Assembly (NCBI GenBank): GCA_965207455.1
Contig: CBDBMJ010000003.1
Coordinates: 32,001-96,000 of the forward strand
DNA: 64,000 bases
Source: Bdellovibrionota bacterium
GTDB taxonomy: Bacteria; Bdellovibrionota; UBA1018; CAIPTA01; JAALKR01
Direction: 5' to 3'
Shown here in pieces: positions 47,786-58,813 of this stretch. The number at the start of each line of letters is the position of its first letter. The first letter of the stretch is position 1. The notes below the pieces were generated by a model. That model ran no database searches. It was not told where the DNA came from and saw only the letters and a list, made by a program, of their open reading frames with translations. The translations under genes and the position numbers were made by a program.

Positions 47786-48550
47786 TTAGCCAAACCTACC
47801 CGTAATATAATCTTCTGTTTCTTTCTTCTTTGGATTTGTGAATAAATTTTTTGTTTCTCCGAACTCTACTAAAACCCCGTTAACGAGAAAGGCTGTTTCG
47901 TCGGAAATACGAGTTGCTTGCTGCATATTATGGGTCACAACCAGTATTGTGTAATTTTTTTTCAAGGAATGGATTAAGTCTTCCACTCCTGCTGTGGAGC
48001 GGGGGTCTAGGGAGGAGCAAGGCTCATCCATTAAAATTACGTCCGGCTTCATGGCTATGGCACGAGCAATGCAAAGGCGCTGCTGTTGTCCACCGGAAAG
48101 ACTTTGAGCTGGATCGTCTAGACGTTTTTCCACTTCCTTCCATAGAGAAGCCTCTTTCAAAGAATTTTCCACTAGCTCATCGTCGTCCCCTTTATACCCG
48201 TGAAGTTTTGGTCCCCAAATAATATTGTCATAGATGGACTTGGGAAAAGGGTTGGGTCGCTGAAAAACCATACCAATTCTTTTCCGAATCTCCACAGGGT
48301 CCGCTTGTGGTGAATATAAATTATTCCCTCGGTACAGCACTTCTCCTTTTATTACTGCACTGGGAATAAAATCGTTCATTCGATTGAAAACTCGTAAAAG
48401 AGTACTTTTACCACATCCAGATGGCCCAATCACCGCAGTAACCTTGTTCTCCTGAATTTGTAAATCTACTTTTTTTACTGCCTCTTCTTCACCGTAAAAA
48501 CAAGATAGGTTACTTACGGATAAAACAATATTTTTATTTATATTTTCCAT
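47786..48550 (-). CDS. pstB: phosphate ABC transporter ATPase
   Basis: [29 protein letters not shown]. Confidence 0.96.
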   Translation of the reverse strand: MENINKNIVLSVSNLSCFYGEEEAVKKVDLQIQENKVTAVIGPSGCGKSTLLRVFNRMNDFIPSAVIKGEVLYRGNNLYSPQADPVEIRKRIGMVFQRPNPFPKSIYDNIIWGPKLHGYKGDDDELVENSLKEASLWKEVEKRLDDPAQSLSGGQQQRLCIARAIAMKPDVILMDEPCSSLDPRSTAGVEDLIHSLKKNYTILVVTHNMQQATRISDETAFLVNGVLVEFGETKNLFTNPKKKETEDYITGRFG

Positions 48551-48551
48551 G

Positions 48552-49412
48552 CTAGGTTTGATTCCTTTTTTGTGACCTGTGACGAATCCATAGAGCACCA
48601 CAATTCATTAGAAATAAAGTAGCTAAGAAAACAATAATCGTTGCTGCAGAAAGGCTGTGGAAGTCTGCTTGTGGACGAGAAGCCCAGTTAAATATTTGAA
48701 TAGGAATCGTAGTGAATGGGTCCATTGGGCTGCTAGGAATAAAGGCCACATAGGCATAGGCACCTAGAATAAGTAAGGGAGCAGCCTCGCCAATGGCACG
48801 GGAGAGGGAAAGAATAAGTCCCGTCATAATTCCCGGTGTGGCTGCGGGTAGCACCTGTCCAAAAACTGCTTGCCAGCGCTTGGCTCCAAGGGCGTATGCT
48901 GCGTGACGAATGGAGTCCGGTACTGCTTTAATCGCCTCTTGGGTGGTAATAATAATCATGGGCAATACCAATAGGCTTAACATCAAAGCACCAGAAATCA
49001 AACTTCTTCCTAAATCCATAAATCGTACAAATATGATCAATCCAAGCAGACCATAAATTACAGAGGGCACTCCAGCCAAATTCGATAGGTTTAAATGTAT
49101 GAAATTAGTAAAGCGGTTCTTTTCCATATATTCTTCCAAATAAATAGCAACACAAACACCCATGGGAATAGAAAATATCCCCGTTAATAGCATCACCCAA
49201 ATGGTTCCTCCAATTGCAGCTCTTAATCCAGCTTCCTTAGGCATCCATGACGTCCAGTTGGTAAGCAGGTTCCAACTTAACCAGCCAGCTCCTTTCACAA
49301 TAATGCTCGCAATCAATGTGACTAAAATAAGAGTGGACAACCAAGCAAATCCTAAGCAAGTCCATCGAAACAAGCGCTCCATTCGTTTCCTGCGTTCTAT
49401 ATTTTCCATCAT
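48552..49412 (-). CDS. pstA: phosphate ABC transporter permease
   Basis: [20 protein letters not shown]. Confidence 0.95.
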   Translation of the reverse strand: MMENIERRKRMERLFRWTCLGFAWLSTLILVTLIASIIVKGAGWLSWNLLTNWTSWMPKEAGLRAAIGGTIWVMLLTGIFSIPMGVCVAIYLEEYMEKNRFTNFIHLNLSNLAGVPSVIYGLLGLIIFVRFMDLGRSLISGALMLSLLVLPMIIITTQEAIKAVPDSIRHAAYALGAKRWQAVFGQVLPAATPGIMTGLILSLSRAIGEAAPLLILGAYAYVAFIPSSPMDPFTTIPIQIFNWASRPQADFHSLSAATIIVFLATLFLMNCGALWIRHRSQKRNQT

Positions 49413-50326
49413 CTGGAAACCACCTTATGAGCAACGGCATTGAGACCAAAGGTCATAAAAAATAATAACGCCCCAACAGCCATACTACTTTTAAATTCAA
49501 TTCCCTCAGCCGATATATCCCCCAAACTAATTTGCACGATATAGGAAGTCATGGTTTGAATACTTTCCAGTGGGTTAATGGTAAGATTGGGTGTGGCTCC
49601 TGCGGCCAACGTAACTGCCATTGTTTCTCCAATGGCCCGGGAAATAGCAAGAATAAAAGCTGCCAATATCCGAGAAAAAGTGGCAGGAACCACAAGTTGG
49701 GTAACCACCTCATAGGTAGTGGCACCCATGGCATAACCTCCTTGCCTTAAAGCAGGGGGTACGGAACGAAAAGCATCGTCGCATAAAGATGCCACTAGCG
49801 GTAAAATCATAATGGCTACAACAATGGATGCGCTAGCTGCATTAAACACTTGAATATTTGGGAAAAATATTCCCAACAATGGAGTAATAAAGGTAAGAGC
49901 AAAGTATCCATATACAATAGAGGGAATTCCTGCCAATAACTCTAAAATGGGTTTCATGATATCCCGGGTGCTGGGCCTGGAATACTCACTAAGATAAATA
50001 GCCGTAACTAGACCAATGGGAAGGGCCAGCGCACCTGAACACACCACCACCAGCAAAGTGCCACACACAAGAGGGAGCACGCCAAAGGATTTTGGCTCCA
50101 GTAAGGGCTCCCAACGGGTGCCTGTTAAAAAATCCAGTATGGGAACTTCTGCAAAAAACTGGAAGCTCTCGTCCAATAAGCACCATAAAATAACAACTGT
50201 AATTAACAGGGTAAAAAGAGTACAAAGCAATAAAACAAGCTCTATTGCTTTTTCCTGTAGATTAGGCTTAATGTTAAAAAAACTCTTTACCATTATACGC
50301 TTACTGCTTTGCCAACTCTTGCTCAA
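49409..50326 (-). CDS. pstC: phosphate ABC transporter permease
   Basis: ELLAGIPSIVYG, SRAIGETM. Confidence 0.95.
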   Translation of the reverse strand: MSKSWQSSKRIMVKSFFNIKPNLQEKAIELVLLLCTLFTLLITVVILWCLLDESFQFFAEVPILDFLTGTRWEPLLEPKSFGVLPLVCGTLLVVVCSGALALPIGLVTAIYLSEYSRPSTRDIMKPILELLAGIPSIVYGYFALTFITPLLGIFFPNIQVFNAASASIVVAIMILPLVASLCDDAFRSVPPALRQGGYAMGATTYEVVTQLVVPATFSRILAAFILAISRAIGETMAVTLAAGATPNLTINPLESIQTMTSYIVQISLGDISAEGIEFKSSMAVGALLFFMTFGLNAVAHKVVSR

Positions 50327-51260
50327 AAAGTTTTAAAACTGCTCTATATTTCTCACCAGACATGGGTACATAACCTACCTCAGAAGCAATATTTTCCACA
50401 TTCTGCAAATAAAACTGCACGAACTTTCTTAGTCCTGGAATCTTTTTTGCTTCTTTCATATTTACATAAATAAAAATAGGCCGGGATAAGGGCTTGTAAC
50501 TTCCAGTCCTAATACTTTCCATTGCTGGTGCCACAGGTGGAGCTTTTTTATTAGCAATGGGTACCGCACGAATTTTATCTTTATTTTCTTTGTAATAAGC
50601 GTAGCCAAAGAAGCCTAAGGAATATTTACTATTGGCCACACCAATAACAAGAACGTTATCATCTTCACTTTTCGTATAATCCGACCTACATCGTTGGGAT
50701 TTTCCATTAATGTTTTTTGTAAAATAGTCGAAAGTACCAGAGTCTCCCCCTGGACCGTAAAGCTGTAGTGGTTTGTTGGGCCAACTTGGTCGCACATCCC
50801 TCCAAGTTTTCACAGGACTATTTCTATCCCATATTTTTTTCAATTCTTTAACGCTAAGATAATCTGCCCATGTATTATCCTTATGAACCACAATAGATAT
50901 TCCATCGTACGCCACGGGTAACTCCAAGTATGAAATATTATTTTTCTTACTCCTTTCTATCTCGTTTGGTTTAATTTGTCGGGAAGCATTGTTAATATGG
51001 GTTGTTCCTCCAAGAAACTTCTTAAATCCTCCACCAGTTCCTGATATACCAATCACCACATTGATTTTTGGGTGGACTTTGCGCATTTCTTCTGCAACAG
51101 CCTCAGTAACAGGATAGACCGTACTCGAGCCATCAACCTGCAAAACCTTGCTGTTATTTCCACCTTTTGTACAGCTCGCTACCAAAACCAAAGCAAGACA
51201 AGCAAAACAAGCAAAACAAGCAAAACCTATGGATACACCTCTCATGCTATTTTTTTTCAT
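50301..51260 (-). CDS. pstS: phosphate-binding lipoprotein
   Basis: DGSSTVYP, SGTGGG, SGTFDYF, PLSRP; start moved to GGAGG-preceded MKKNS. Confidence 0.95.
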   Translation of the reverse strand: MKKNSMRGVSIGFACFACFACLALVLVASCTKGGNNSKVLQVDGSSTVYPVTEAVAEEMRKVHPKINVVIGISGTGGGFKKFLGGTTHINNASRQIKPNEIERSKKNNISYLELPVAYDGISIVVHKDNTWADYLSVKELKKIWDRNSPVKTWRDVRPSWPNKPLQLYGPGGDSGTFDYFTKNINGKSQRCRSDYTKSEDDNVLVIGVANSKYSLGFFGYAYYKENKDKIRAVPIANKKAPPVAPAMESIRTGSYKPLSRPIFIYVNMKEAKKIPGLRKFVQFYLQNVENIASEVGYVPMSGEKYRAVLKLFEQELAKQ

Positions 51261-51331
51261 CCCACTGACCTCCTTTTTGCCCTTTCTATAACTCTCCTTA
51301 TAGGTAAGAAATATTAGCAAAGTGTGAGAAA

Positions 51332-52744
51332 TCAGGGAGATTGTAAAAAAATTGAGAAATTACTACCCTTGCCCTGCTCACTCAGCACTGTGGCTCTCCC
51401 ACCATGTACTGCCGCTATATGCTTTACAATGGCAAGCCCTAAGCCCGTGCCTCCCAGATGGCGACTACGAGACTTATCCACACGATAAAATCGCTCAAAT
51501 AAACGGGGTAAATGGACCTGAGCAATGCCCTCCCCGGAATCCACCACAGAAACCATCACTTCTCCATCCTTGTTGCAAGCATTCAGCTCCACCTCACTTC
51601 CAGCGGGACTGTAGTAAATAGAGTTGTCCAATAAATTTACCAACGCCTGCTCCAACAAAGAGGGGTTGGCTAAAACTTGAAGATCCTTGGGACACTTCAC
51701 TCCAAAGCGGATCCCTTGGGCTTGGGCGTTTTGTGAGCAAGCCTCCAGTGCACTTTCCAGTATGGGCAACAAGGCTTTGGACTCCAGCGAAATACCCCTC
51801 CCTTTTTTTTCTATGCGAGACAGTAGCAGTAAATCTTCCGTAATGGCATGTAGTCGATTGGTGTGCTTGAGAACAATAGTTAAAAAATTTTTCCTTTCTT
51901 CCTCCTTAAGGTTTTTACTCTCTAGGAGCGTTTCCACAAATCCTTTAATAGAGGTAAGGGGGGTGCGCAGTTCATGGGAAATATTTTCCATAAATTCTTT
52001 GCGATGGTTTTCTAGTTGGTGCATACGAGTGGTATCGTAGAATACTAACAAAACACCAATATCCTCCCCACTGGCTCCCAATAAATGACTACTGTTGACA
52101 TACCAAAAAATTTCATCCAATCCCATATTTACTTCCACCCCTGAATTGTGAGAGCTCGTATCCCTAAGTGCCTCTTTGGCAATTTTCAACAACTCAGGTA
52201 TGCGTATAACCTCCTCCACAGCTCTACCACGAGCCTTCTCCCCAGAAACTTGCAGTAGGTTAGCTGCCACTTCGTTGAGCTGAACAATATGCCCCTGCCT
52301 ATCGATAGCAATCACTCCTTCCATCATACTGGAAAGCATGGCCTCCTGTTCCTGCTTTTGTTCAGAAATAGTACGGAGACGATTTTTAAGTTGGTTGCCC
52401 ATTCGATTTAGTGCCACACCCAAACTATGGATTTCCACCGCACTAAAGTGAGATAAATCTACCCTACCCGTAAAATCCCCCTTAGAAATTCGCTTAGCTT
52501 TATTGCGGATGGCTTCCAATGGACGACTTATCCGACGAGAATAAACCAAACTCACCAAAGAAATCAAAATAATAACTACAAGCCCTATCCATATAAACTC
52601 CTTATACAAAGGGGAGAGAAGTTTTATTATATCCGTTTCAGGCATACCAACATATACTGCCAGCCCGATAAAAATAAGAAGCAGTGAAAAGGTAATTACA
52701 AAATAAGATGTGTAGAGTTGCCAAAACAATTTTTTTCGTCGCAT
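51332..52744 (-). CDS. phoR: sensor histidine kinase
   Basis: HAMP-PAS-HisKA SHELRTPL; GGTGLGLAIVKH; in pst operon. Confidence 0.9.
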   Translation of the reverse strand: MRRKKLFWQLYTSYFVITFSLLLIFIGLAVYVGMPETDIIKLLSPLYKEFIWIGLVVIILISLVSLVYSRRISRPLEAIRNKAKRISKGDFTGRVDLSHFSAVEIHSLGVALNRMGNQLKNRLRTISEQKQEQEAMLSSMMEGVIAIDRQGHIVQLNEVAANLLQVSGEKARGRAVEEVIRIPELLKIAKEALRDTSSHNSGVEVNMGLDEIFWYVNSSHLLGASGEDIGVLLVFYDTTRMHQLENHRKEFMENISHELRTPLTSIKGFVETLLESKNLKEEERKNFLTIVLKHTNRLHAITEDLLLLSRIEKKGRGISLESKALLPILESALEACSQNAQAQGIRFGVKCPKDLQVLANPSLLEQALVNLLDNSIYYSPAGSEVELNACNKDGEVMVSVVDSGEGIAQVHLPRLFERFYRVDKSRSRHLGGTGLGLAIVKHIAAVHGGRATVLSEQGKGSNFSIFLQSP

Positions 52745-52747
52745 AAT

Positions 52748-53464
52748 TTATTCCTTAAATCGATAGCCTATGCCTCGAATAGTCTCCACCCAATCTCCAT
52801 GTTTACCTAGCTTTTTTCGTAACCCCACAATTTGTACATCCACGGATCGATCCGTAACAGGATAGTTTGGCCCCTGAACCCCTTGAACAATTTGATTTCG
52901 CGTAAACACCCAACCAGGATGGGTGGCCAAGTATGTGAGCAAGCGAAATTCAGTTACACTTAAAGGAAGTGCTTTGCCATGTATGCTCACCTCATGCTTG
53001 CCCACATGAATATAAAGACCATGAATTTTAATTTCTTCCCTCTCCTCCCAACCAGAGCTTGGCTGTTTTTTTGTTCCCTCACTTCTTCTCAATAACGTTT
53101 TCACACGAGCCACAAGCAAACGTAGGCTGAAGGGTTTTGTAATATAGTCATCAGCCCCCATTTCCAGACCAGCGATAATGTTTTCTTCGTTGCCCTTAGC
53201 AGTCACCATAATAATAGGAATGTGGGCTGTACTTGAATCGTTCTTCAATTGTCGACAAACATCCATGCCACTCATGGACGGCAACATTAAGTCAAGAAGG
53301 GTGATATCTATGGGGTCGAGCGAAGAGTTCCGAATCCTTTCCAACCCCTTTTCCCCTGAAAAAGAACCTGATACATTATAACCCTCCTGGATCAAAGTAT
53401 AGCGAAGCAAGTTTAGTATATCTTCCTCGTCTTCGATAATATGTACGTTGGCTTTCATCCCCAC
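52748..53464 (-). CDS. phoB: OmpR-family response regulator
   Basis: LLDLMLP, GADDYITKPF, ETIRGIGY; upstream of phoR. Confidence 0.9.
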   Translation of the reverse strand: MGMKANVHIIEDEEDILNLLRYTLIQEGYNVSGSFSGEKGLERIRNSSLDPIDITLLDLMLPSMSGMDVCRQLKNDSSTAHIPIIMVTAKGNEENIIAGLEMGADDYITKPFSLRLLVARVKTLLRRSEGTKKQPSSGWEEREEIKIHGLYIHVGKHEVSIHGKALPLSVTEFRLLTYLATHPGWVFTRNQIVQGVQGPNYPVTDRSVDVQIVGLRKKLGKHGDWVETIRGIGYRFKE

Positions 53465-53705
53465 CCTTATATAGCACAGGTACGGAGGATATGGCTTTGG
53501 ATTCTAGTACCGACCCATAGTTAGAGCTGCGCCAAGAGCATTGCTGCAAGCCAAGCAAAAAAATAAAAAACTCATTAAAAACAATAGTTTATGAGCGAAT
53601 AAAAAACCGACTAAATGAGTATATTATTATTGACTTTTATTATAATGCGATGTATAATATTAGCTGAAATAAACGTTAACCTATTTAAAGAAAGGAAGAA
53701 AGAAA

Positions 53706-54056
53706 ATGAAAAAAAGAAAAAACATAATAATACTATTGGCTGGTCTAACTTTGCTTAGTCCTGCTATTGGATCTGCAGAAGGGTGCAAATATGACCAGAG
53801 ATACGATGAGAATGCGAGATTCGAAATTAATCTTCGCGAAAAGCAATTAGACCGGTATCATAGAAGGTTGGATCAAGTGAAGCTTTCAATTTCAATTTTA
53901 GAGGCAGGTAAGATATATGATCAAGACAAGATAGGCGTCGGTGATATAGGCTATAAAATTAAAAAAGTTACTACCTTGATTAATTGTATACGAAAAAAAT
54001 ATAAAAACGGAAATGCGATAGATAACTGTAAAAATTTCGACTTAAAATATGAGTAA
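53706..54056 (+). CDS. hypothetical secreted protein (AT-rich)
   Basis: Signal peptide MKKRKNIIILLAGLTLLSPAIGSA; upstream TTGACT-N17-TATAAT at 53630-53658. Confidence 0.78.
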   Translation: MKKRKNIIILLAGLTLLSPAIGSAEGCKYDQRYDENARFEINLREKQLDRYHRRLDQVKLSISILEAGKIYDQDKIGVGDIGYKIKKVTTLINCIRKKYKNGNAIDNCKNFDLKYE

Positions 54057-54108
54057 ATCAGGACTGAAAACAATATAGCGTAGTCATTCCCGAAAAATCG
54101 AATGCGCT

Positions 54109-55119
54109 TTAGGAGCCCGCTTTCTGGGCTCCCAGCATTTTCTTCAGCAATGTTTTCCAAGCCTCCCATTCTTCCTTTGGTAGTTCAGGGGAGGAGTTGT
54201 TTTTATCTGTAGTTCGTTCTTTTGCCTGTTCCCTCATTTGTTCTTTCATCTGTTCTTTGGCACAAGAGTAGTTCCCTTGGCAGATATTTAATTTTATACG
54301 GGAGAGGGCTGCCTGTGCATTACTTTTCTCTAGTTTCAGTATTTCCGTCATGCGAGTGCTTGCCTGTTCTATTTCTGCATGGGCAAGGCAAAGATTTCTT
54401 GTTGTATTCAAGGGACTTTGTGCCTGCGCTCTAGTCCAATACTCCATGGCAAGTGTTACTTTTCCTTCCTTTTTACAAATGTGGCCCATAAGATCCAGGG
54501 ATTTTAAATGTTCTCCTTTCTTCTCAAAAACTTTTTCCAATAGCTTTTGAGCAAGGTCTAGGTTCTTTTGATTATAGTAGTATCGAGCGGATTCAAAGAG
54601 AACGGTTGTATTGTCGTCGTAGTGAATGAGTAGTTCTTTAAATTGTAAGTCTGAGCCTACATCTCGAGAGTCTTTTTCTGTGGCTAGTGTTTGCATAAGA
54701 TCTCTCTCCCAACGTTCCGGTTCATCTTGTAGTTTTACAAGGGCTTGTCTCATGAGTCCCTTCACCTCGTTCAAGGAAAAAGGATTCTGGATCAGTTGGT
54801 TTATATTCAACTCTCCTGCCAGCACTTTAATATTGTCGTTGATGTTGTCCACGAGGAGTACAAAAAAAGTATAGCTATATAGGCTTAAGCCGCCAATGGA
54901 TCGAATAAATTGCTGGGCGCTAAAGCCAGAAAAGGAGAATGCGCAAATCACTATATTTACTGGGCGCTTTAGAAACACCTCTTTTGCACTTTCGATGGTT
55001 TCGCAAAAGGAAATCTTTGTATTTTCAATAGCGCAAAAATACCGTTCTATGGCAGCCATGCTCGTCATTCTTTCCCCGATAATCAGTACCGTGAATTCTG
55101 TTTTTTTAGAGCTATTCAC
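54109..55119 (-). CDS. receiver-like domain plus TPR protein
   Basis: CheY-like N-terminus, TPR helices. Confidence 0.7.
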   Translation of the reverse strand: MNSSKKTEFTVLIIGERMTSMAAIERYFCAIENTKISFCETIESAKEVFLKRPVNIVICAFSFSGFSAQQFIRSIGGLSLYSYTFFVLLVDNINDNIKVLAGELNINQLIQNPFSLNEVKGLMRQALVKLQDEPERWERDLMQTLATEKDSRDVGSDLQFKELLIHYDDNTTVLFESARYYYNQKNLDLAQKLLEKVFEKKGEHLKSLDLMGHICKKEGKVTLAMEYWTRAQAQSPLNTTRNLCLAHAEIEQASTRMTEILKLEKSNAQAALSRIKLNICQGNYSCAKEQMKEQMREQAKERTTDKNNSSPELPKEEWEAWKTLLKKMLGAQKAGS

Positions 55120-55263
55120 TATCCATTAATTATAAGTCACCTTGGGGGTGAGAAAAAATAGAATTGCCACAAAAATGATGCGCACTGTAGCTTGCTTTCG
55201 GCCTCCACACAATAATTAAAAACTGTCTTTACAAGACTTCGGTATCTGCTTAAAATATAACTC

Positions 55264-55782
55264 ATGCCCTTCTCTGAGTATAAAAAATACTACACCCTTT
55301 TCTTCCTATCCCTTGGAATCATTACTCTCGATCAGGTCACAAAATCCCTGATCGTCAAAAAGTTTTATTTAGGGGAGAGTGTGTCTGTTATAAAGAATTT
55401 TTTCGACCTCACCCTTGTACACAATTTCGGTGCGGCCTTTGGCATGTTCTCCAAACTTCCCAGCCATATTCGAGAGCCTTTCTTTATGATTATTCCCATA
55501 ACCATACTTATTGTTATTTTTTTTACCTTCCGAAAATTGACAGACGATAAGGTCTATAGCGTGTTTGGTTTTTCCCTTATTATGAGTGGTGCCGTTGGGA
55601 ATCTCATCGACCGTTTTCGATTTGGTTATGTGGTGGACTTCCTAGACTTCCATTGGTTTAATAAATATCATTTTGCTGCATTCAATGTTGCGGACTCCAG
55701 CATTTGTGTGGGTGTGTTTCTCCTACTGGCTTGTATTGTACTCAAACTGGAATCTTCAGAGGACGAAATCCAAGAAGAATAG
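55264..55782 (+). CDS. lspA: lipoprotein signal peptidase
   Basis: DQVTK, NFGAAFG, GNLIDR, VVDF, FNVADS. Confidence 0.97.
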   Translation: MPFSEYKKYYTLFFLSLGIITLDQVTKSLIVKKFYLGESVSVIKNFFDLTLVHNFGAAFGMFSKLPSHIREPFFMIIPITILIVIFFTFRKLTDDKVYSVFGFSLIMSGAVGNLIDRFRFGYVVDFLDFHWFNKYHFAAFNVADSSICVGVFLLLACIVLKLESSEDEIQEE

Positions 55783-55802
55783 GGCAGAACAAGCGCCTTC
55801 CC

Positions 55803-56273
55803 CTATGGGTAGAAAACACTCAAGCTTTTCTTAACCTCCACAAAGGTCTTAATATTTCGGGTGTTTGTAATTTTCCACATTTTCGCTTTGTTGCGTATCA
55901 AGTATGCAATTTTTCGTACGGTCATGCGTGCGTTGTCTTTTTTATTTTTCCTGTCGTATATGAGTTCATAGAGGATGCTGACCTTGTCCGTAGATTCTTG
56001 CCTTAAATCCTTGGCTTCAAATCGAACAAATTTATACTTTGGTTCCACCAGTCTCTTGAGGAATTCCTCGTCCGTCATACTTTTTATTTTTTTCAACGCT
56101 TCTCCCGTAAAGTATTCTTCCAGGTCTTTTTTGTCCTGTTCGTTCGTGGATCGAATGGCCACCTTTATATAATTCTCCAAAACTGTTCGAGGATTATCTT
56201 CCTTACCGTGCTTGCTACAAGCAGAAAGTGCAGTCAAGAGGGTGCAAAAAATAAATAATTTAATTGGATACAT
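55803..56273 (-). CDS. hypothetical lipoprotein
   Basis: LSAC lipobox. Confidence 0.75.
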   Translation of the reverse strand: MYPIKLFIFCTLLTALSACSKHGKEDNPRTVLENYIKVAIRSTNEQDKKDLEEYFTGEALKKIKSMTDEEFLKRLVEPKYKFVRFEAKDLRQESTDKVSILYELIYDRKNKKDNARMTVRKIAYLIRNKAKMWKITNTRNIKTFVEVKKSLSVFYP

Positions 56274-56985
56274 AACCTGCTCTCCTAATTTCGTTTAAGT
56301 AGTTCTGTAAATCTTTGGCCCAGTCGCCACAATTTTTATTGGTAAACTTTAAACCAATCCCTGCTTTATTCTTTGTTTGCAATCTGGTTTCAACCGTAGC
56401 ATGGAATGTGTGCTGGTCACGAAAACTTAACTCGATATACTGAGGTTTAAACGTCCATGCTTTATTGAGTAAAAAAACAAAACACCCTTGCTCACCTAAG
56501 TTTACCAAGCGAACTTTTTCAAAATTCTCCGACCCCTGCTTATCATACACACATGCAGTGACTCTAGGAATAGCCTTTGGGTACTTCTCCCACCAGGCGC
56601 ATTTGGAGTTGTAGTAGGGCAAGGAAAGGGTTTTTTGTATCCACTCCCCCACCAGAACCAATGCCATGGCCAAAAGAAAAATAACGGCCAAGAGAATATG
56701 CTGGTGTTCGCTCATGGCAAATATGGATGAGCCGGCTGTAACAAGCAGGGTGGTGATGGAATAAAAGGTTTTTCCCAAGGGGTGGAATCGAAAAAGAAAT
56801 ACCCCGCTGATAATCGCCCCCAGGATAGCAAAATTTATATGCCACCAGAACGGCTGGTAACCCACCTCCCAGACCCATGTGATGACTTGAAACCCTTTGC
56901 TATAGAAAATATAGGGAATAACAGCTACCACAGGCAGTAACAGGACAGCCAAAGCCATAGATAGGTGGTAGGATAAATAGCGCAT
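56260..56985 (-). CDS. membrane protein with PilZ-like C-terminal domain
   Basis: Four TM segments then NLGEQGCF...GIGLKF. Confidence 0.65.
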   Translation of the reverse strand: MRYLSYHLSMALAVLLLPVVAVIPYIFYSKGFQVITWVWEVGYQPFWWHINFAILGAIISGVFLFRFHPLGKTFYSITTLLVTAGSSIFAMSEHQHILLAVIFLLAMALVLVGEWIQKTLSLPYYNSKCAWWEKYPKAIPRVTACVYDKQGSENFEKVRLVNLGEQGCFVFLLNKAWTFKPQYIELSFRDQHTFHATVETRLQTKNKAGIGLKFTNKNCGDWAKDLQNYLNEIRRAGYVSN

Positions 56986-57049
56986 ACCTAAAATGTATCA
57001 TTTTCACTACACTCTTTAAAGTTTAAAGTAATGATGCTATGCTGTTGAA

Positions 57050-57658
57050 ATGCCTACTACGGGTCTATTCATTGTTTTCAGTTATCTGGTTGGTTCCATA
57101 CCCTCAGGGGTAATCCTTGCGCGGTTGATGGGCCATGGGGATCCCAGAAAATTCGGTAGTGGCAATACGGGTGCTGCCAATCTCACCCGACTGGGAGGCA
57201 AGCCACTGGGAATGCTTACCTTTCTCTTCGACTTTCTCAAGGGCTTCCTACCCACCCTTGCGGCCCAACTGTATTTACCGCCTCAAGAATGGCTTGTTCC
57301 CACTGTGGCTGCCACCACTGTTGTGGCCCACTGTTATTCCCCGTTCCTGCGTTTTTCTGGTGGAAAGGGCGTGGCCACCAATTTTGGTGCTCTCCTTCCC
57401 TTAGCACCCATTCCTGTGCTAATCGGATCGCTCTCCTGGGGTCTTTGTTACTTTCTGAAAAAAATATCTTCCCTAGCCTCCCTCACCTCGGTGCTAGTAA
57501 TACCCATTGCAATGGCTGTTATGGGCTTGCCCAACTCGGTAATTACCGCTGCATCTTTCCTATGCCTATTAATTTTCTATCGACATAAAAAAAACATCCG
57601 AGACTTGCTGAATAACAAAGAGTGGTCATTCAGTAAAAACCAGAGCAAAAAGCCATAG
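57050..57658 (+). CDS. plsY: glycerol-3-phosphate acyltransferase
   Basis: YLVGSIP, GSGNTGA, GGKGVAT, RHKKNI. Confidence 0.96.
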   Translation: MPTTGLFIVFSYLVGSIPSGVILARLMGHGDPRKFGSGNTGAANLTRLGGKPLGMLTFLFDFLKGFLPTLAAQLYLPPQEWLVPTVAATTVVAHCYSPFLRFSGGKGVATNFGALLPLAPIPVLIGSLSWGLCYFLKKISSLASLTSVLVIPIAMAVMGLPNSVITAASFLCLLIFYRHKKNIRDLLNNKEWSFSKNQSKKP

Positions 57659-57660
57659 CC

Positions 57661-58122
57661 CTACGGAGCCTTCCGCTTCGCCCTCTTATTGTTCTTATTG
57701 GCTTTTGTAGTAGCTAGGCCAAACTTTTTTGCCCCTGCCCTTTTGGCAATATTCATCACCTGCAAGGTCAAGCCCAACATCACTTCCTTATCCCCTGCCA
57801 AGACAACGTTCTTTTGTTTTTGGGTGGCAAGTTTTTCTTTTAAGGCTAGCTCCAGATTGTCCAAGTTAACCCGCTTGTCTCCAAGGTATATATTGTTTTT
57901 ATTGTCGATAGAAATGGTAATACCCTTTGATGGGTTGAGTGAAGAGGCGGCTCCTGCTTTTGGTAAATTCACCTTTACTCCACTTTGGGTGACTGCCGAC
58001 GAGGTAACCATAAAAATAATTAATAAAACAAGGAACACATCTGTGAGAGGAGTGATATTAATCTCCGAAAAAAGGCTCAAGTCCTCGTCCTCTTCCACAA
58101 AAGTATTGTTTAGCATTCCCAC
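57661..58122 (-). CDS. exbD: ExbD/TolR biopolymer transport protein
   Basis: EINITPLTDVFLVLLIIFMV. Confidence 0.88.
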   Translation of the reverse strand: MGMLNNTFVEEDEDLSLFSEINITPLTDVFLVLLIIFMVTSSAVTQSGVKVNLPKAGAASSLNPSKGITISIDNKNNIYLGDKRVNLDNLELALKEKLATQKQKNVVLAGDKEVMLGLTLQVMNIAKRAGAKKFGLATTKANKNNKRAKRKAP

Positions 58123-58130
58123 AAAAATCC

Positions 58131-58748
58131 CTATTGGAGTGTTTTTTCCCAGTCGTCGATAAAACTCTCCAGACCAAGGCGACTTTTCATCACAGCACTT
58201 GCCGCTCGTACCTGAAAAATATTAAAAAATACGGCTGCAATAATGGCCACAATAATTCCAGATGCGGTGGCCACGAGAGCCTCAGAAATACCTTGAGCCA
58301 CTACGGAAAATCCCGTGTTTCCCGTAACTGCAATATCTTTAAAGGCTTGGAGAATTCCCACCACTGTTCCAAAGAGACCTAAAAAGGGTGCTGCATTTCC
58401 TATGGTTCCTAGAATCCACAAGTAGCGTCGGTACTCTTGGGTGAGTTCCAGGCGACTGCGCATATACGTCTTTTGAATGGCTTCAGGACTGTCGCCAGAA
58501 GAACCCATAAGCTTTTTCATAAATCCAGCCTCGGGCGCCCTAGAGTGGGAGCATAGATCCAGTGCTTGGTTCCGTTTATTGCCCTCTATGGCTTGGCTCG
58601 CTCCCTGAAATAGTAGGGTGCTATTTTTATCCGCTTGGTATAAAAACCAACCCCTCTCCAGAACAACGGCCCACGTTATGATGGAACAAATAAGGAGCGG
58701 GTACATAACAAAACCGCCAGCATAAAAAATAGTAAGAATTTCACCCAT
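58131..58748 (-). CDS. exbB: MotA/TolQ/ExbB proton channel protein
   Basis: APFLGLFGTVVGI, GISEALVATA. Confidence 0.88.
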   Translation of the reverse strand: MGEILTIFYAGGFVMYPLLICSIITWAVVLERGWFLYQADKNSTLLFQGASQAIEGNKRNQALDLCSHSRAPEAGFMKKLMGSSGDSPEAIQKTYMRSRLELTQEYRRYLWILGTIGNAAPFLGLFGTVVGILQAFKDIAVTGNTGFSVVAQGISEALVATASGIIVAIIAAVFFNIFQVRAASAVMKSRLGLESFIDDWEKTLQ

Positions 58749-58813
58749 AAAAAAATGCTAGCCTTTTTTTATTTTTGTGTAAAGTAAAGTGAGAAAGAGA
58801 TTGAGGATATATA

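Noticed and set aside
51295..51335. Pho box upstream of pstS
   Set aside because: Plausible position but repeats too degenerate to call by eye
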